From assembly GCF_000143415.4 (NCBI RefSeq), contig NW_003314305.1, positions 966,171 through 975,082 on the forward strand: a DNA stretch of 8,912 nucleotides, written 5' to 3'. The stretch's first letter is position 1. Each line of letters opens with the position of its first letter. A program made the translations under genes and the position numbers. The notes below the pieces were generated by a model. That model was given only the letters and a program-made list of their open reading frames with translations, did no database searches and had not been told where the DNA came from. This document shows positions 6,059-8,912 of the stretch, one piece after another. This stretch comes from Selaginella moellendorffii. Taxonomy: Eukaryota; Plantae; Lycopodiophyta.

Positions 6059-8595
6059 CAAATAGCATCATTTCCTCGAAAAGTTTTGAGCAAACCAGTG
6101 ATAAAGTCCATCGAGATGCTATCCCACTTATTCTTGGGTACACGTAAAGGATGATAGAGGCTAGCGAGCTTCTGATGATCAACTTTGATCGCTTGGCAGA
6201 TTAAATAACCATGTACGTACTTCTCAACATCTGATTTCATCCGAGGCAAAAAAAAATGCCTTTTCACCAACGTATATGTTCTCAATACCCTCGGATGCCC
6301 AGCACTTGGCACATCATGACACTCAACCAAAATCCGTTTGATGAGTTTGTCAACACGAGGAACTACTACACGTCCTTTCACCAGAATTCCATCTCGTATT
6401 TCGAATGACACAAACTTGTCACCCTTCAAAACTGTAGAGGAGTCCCTCAACAAAACCTTAGCATGAATATCAGTGATAAAGGAGTCAAAGTCAGTAAACT
6501 CCTTAAGCTCATCCAAGAGATCGCTGAATAGCTTCACAAACGAGATAAAATTTACCATCTTGGATAATGCATCAGCCACCTTATTGTGACCTCTATGCTT
6601 GTACTGGATTTTAATAGACATTTCCTGCAGAAACTCTTGCCAATGAGCAAAGCAACTTTGAAGATCCTTTTGTCGACTGAAATATTGGAGAGACTGATGG
6701 TCTGAATCCACATGGAAGTTTGATCCATATAGATAATGTCACCATTCCTTCATAGCAGCAATCATAACATACAACTCCTTGTCTCGAGTAGGCCAATTCC
6801 GCTGTGTGGCATCAAACTTATGGCTCATGTATGCAAGAGGATGCCCAACTTGAAGCAATACGGCTCCAATAGCAATGTCACTTGCATTTGTCTTGACCAC
6901 AAAAGGCTTTTTAGGATAAAAAATCTTCAACACCGTAGCATAGATACAATACTGCTTCAAACGTTGAAATGCCACTTCACACTTCTCATCTCAACCATGA
7001 ATAGTAGCATGTTTCAACATGTTTTGGAGAAGATCAGTTAAAGGGGCTGCTATCCCTGAAAAGTCCTTCACAAATCGTCGAAAAACTCTAGCCATACCAA
7101 GGAAACTACGGAGATCATGCACTGTGGAAGGTATAGGCCAATCAACCACGGCCTGAATCTTTGCGGGATCAACTCTCACTCCATGTACTGAAATCAAATG
7201 CCCAAGATATCCAATCTCTTCTAAAAAAAACTTGCACTTGGATAACTTCGAGTAGAGCTTGTTGTCCCTCAAAAGTTGTAAAACACTTCGCACATGCATC
7301 TCATGTTCCTCCACAGAAGAGCTAAATACCAGGATATCATCAAAATAATCAATTGCAAACTTTCCCAAATAAGGTTGTAAAACTTGATTCATCAATCTCT
7401 AAAAAGTTGCAGGAGCATTTGTCAAACCAAACGGCATCACTAAAAACTCGTAGTGACCTATCCTTTTTCGAAATGCAATTTTCGGAACATCCTCTGGCTT
7501 GACACAAATTTGATGATATCCTGGCCTCAAATCAATCTTCAAAAAATATCAAGCACCACGAAGACGATCGAGCAAATCATCAATATGAGGGATCGGGAAC
7601 ATATTCTTCACTATCCTATCATTCAATCCTTTGTAGTTCACGTAGAGATGCCATATACCATCTTTATTTTTGACCATCACCACTGGAGCAGCCCAAGGAG
7701 ACTTGCTGATCCGTAACCACCCTTTCCGAAGGTATTCAGCAAGTTGCCTATTAATCTCCTCATCTTCAGTGGGACTAGTACGAGTCGGTTGTCGCTGATA
7801 AGGAGTAACTCAAGGAACCAAATCAATCTCATGCTGAATGCCACATTCGGGAGGCAAACCATTAGGTAACTCATCTGAAAATACGTCACAGAACTCCTCT
7901 TGAATGGAATCCACCCTAGCCCCATGCCCATGAACGTACTCCAAATCAGACATGATCATATTAGAAAGAAACAGATACACCACAAATGAACTAGCTATCT
8001 CATGCATGCATGTCACCAACTCCAAAGCATTAATCAATGGAGTATCACTATTGTCTGTCCTGACAATCTCTTTTATAGTGCCACCAACTTTAATACGTAA
8101 AACATTACACTCCCAATTGATCTCTGGCTTTCTGTCATAAAACCATTCATTCCCAAGAATAACATTTGTGCGACCAAGATCCATAACCTGGAACCAAGGA
8201 TAGTCGAGAATCCCCTGAACCATCAATGGAACACTCGGAGCCCATTCACCATAAACATGAGTGCTATGTCCATTTGCTATAACCACCTTACAGATTACTA
8301 AACTCTTTTCCACAGACAAACTAAGTTTCTTCACCACCTTGGAGCTCAAAAAGTTGTGTGTAGCACCTGGATTGAAAAGAATACTAACAACATTACCCTA
8401 AATGTCCCCCTTGGCCTTCACAAGTTAATTGCGCATAGAACCATTAATCTTGACAGAGTTGATACGAACTCGAGACTTAGATTCTTGAATTTTTACCACA
8501 AGGTGTGGAAGAGTGACCACAACAGATGCCTGAGCTGTATCCACAATGGATTCCACCACATTCACCTTAGCATTCTTTGATCCCTTTACAAGAGG

Positions 8596-8637
8596 ACAAT
8601 CCTTGTTGTGATGTCCAGCCTTGTGACAACAAAAACA
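8596..8637 (-). other. Gag CCHC zinc knuckle
   Basis: CFCCHKAGHHNKDC fits CX2CX4HX4C. Confidence 0.9.
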
Positions 8638-8912
8638 ATTGCTTTCCACCTTGTCCTTCTCTTGGTTGTCTAACTGATGTCTTTTTGCCTCATTACCACC
8701 TCCACTCTTCAAGATACGACGAAATAACAGCTGTTTCTTCCTTGAAGATGAAGTATTGGTGGGTGGGTCATCATGTTGACCACCCCGGAGACCATCCTTT
8801 TTACCAGAGTTGACTGAGTTGACTGACGGTTTGGGTGAAAAGATTTGAGCCTTAGTGATAGCATCAGTCAATGTTGCTAGAAAATCCTTCTTGACCTTTT
8901 GCTACACATCCA

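Larger units (their letters stand above)
3906..8912 (-). mobile_element. Ty3/gypsy chromovirus LTR retrotransposon D (5' part lies beyond the window), inactivated and carrying a nested TRIM
   Basis: Domain order is gag(CCHC)-PR-RT-RH-IN-chromodomain, followed by PPT and a TGAG...CTCA-bounded LTR. Confidence 0.95.
4370..8912 (-). pseudogene. gag-pol: gag-pol polyprotein pseudogene of D, interrupted by the TRIM at 5384-6058
   Basis: ORFs 8425..8871, 7810..8349, 6991..7395, 6739..6975 and 6034..6711 share one frame, as does 5189..5371 after removing 680 bp of TRIM+TSD. Motifs: CFCCHKAGHHNKDC; LFNPGATHNF; SPWAAPVVMVK; [15 protein letters not shown]; YFDD (7336-7347); TNASDIAIGAVL; ELY; DHQSL; NKVADALS; HD..SAGH..YLICQ; SMDF; SDRDP.F; HPQSDG; SPQYCGPW; FHVSKLK. 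Confidence 0.95.

Noticed and set aside
4493-8813. Short plus-strand ORFs (4493, 5859, 6736, 7453, 7952, 8356, 8577) and off-frame minus-strand ORFs (6611, 7677)
   Set aside because: They are antisense or alternate-frame shadows of gag-pol or of the TRIM LTR.

Overview
Gene-free, AT-rich eukaryotic DNA (most likely plant; the lineage cannot be fixed from sequence alone) made of nested, decayed Ty3/gypsy LTR retrotransposons, with an assembly gap at 1820-2093. From left to right: (A) a minus-strand RT-thumb/RNase H relic (1-817) fused back-to-back to (B) a plus-strand non-chromovirus (Athila/Tat-like) integrase relic (818-~1765); an unexplained G-poor block (2094-~2990); (C) a plus-strand LTR-like segment, Met-PBS and leader joined directly to an RT-core fragment (~3059-3905); and (D) a minus-strand chromovirus (gag zinc knuckle-PR-RT-RNase H-IN-chromodomain-PPT-3' LTR, 3906->8912) that has many premature stops. 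D's integrase is interrupted by (E) a complete 675-bp non-coding TRIM (5384-6058) with two 162-bp LTRs, a CAAAT target-site duplication, PBS and PPT. The most interesting signals are in the TRIM's cis-elements: a tRNA T-arm/B-box just after the PBS, a perfect 13-bp LTR-leader pairing that brackets the PBS, a hairpin with a palindromic DIS-like loop, and a second copy of its leader behind an unrelated LTR-like segment in relic C. No intact protein-coding gene is supported. All alignments and translations were done by eye; no database searches were run.
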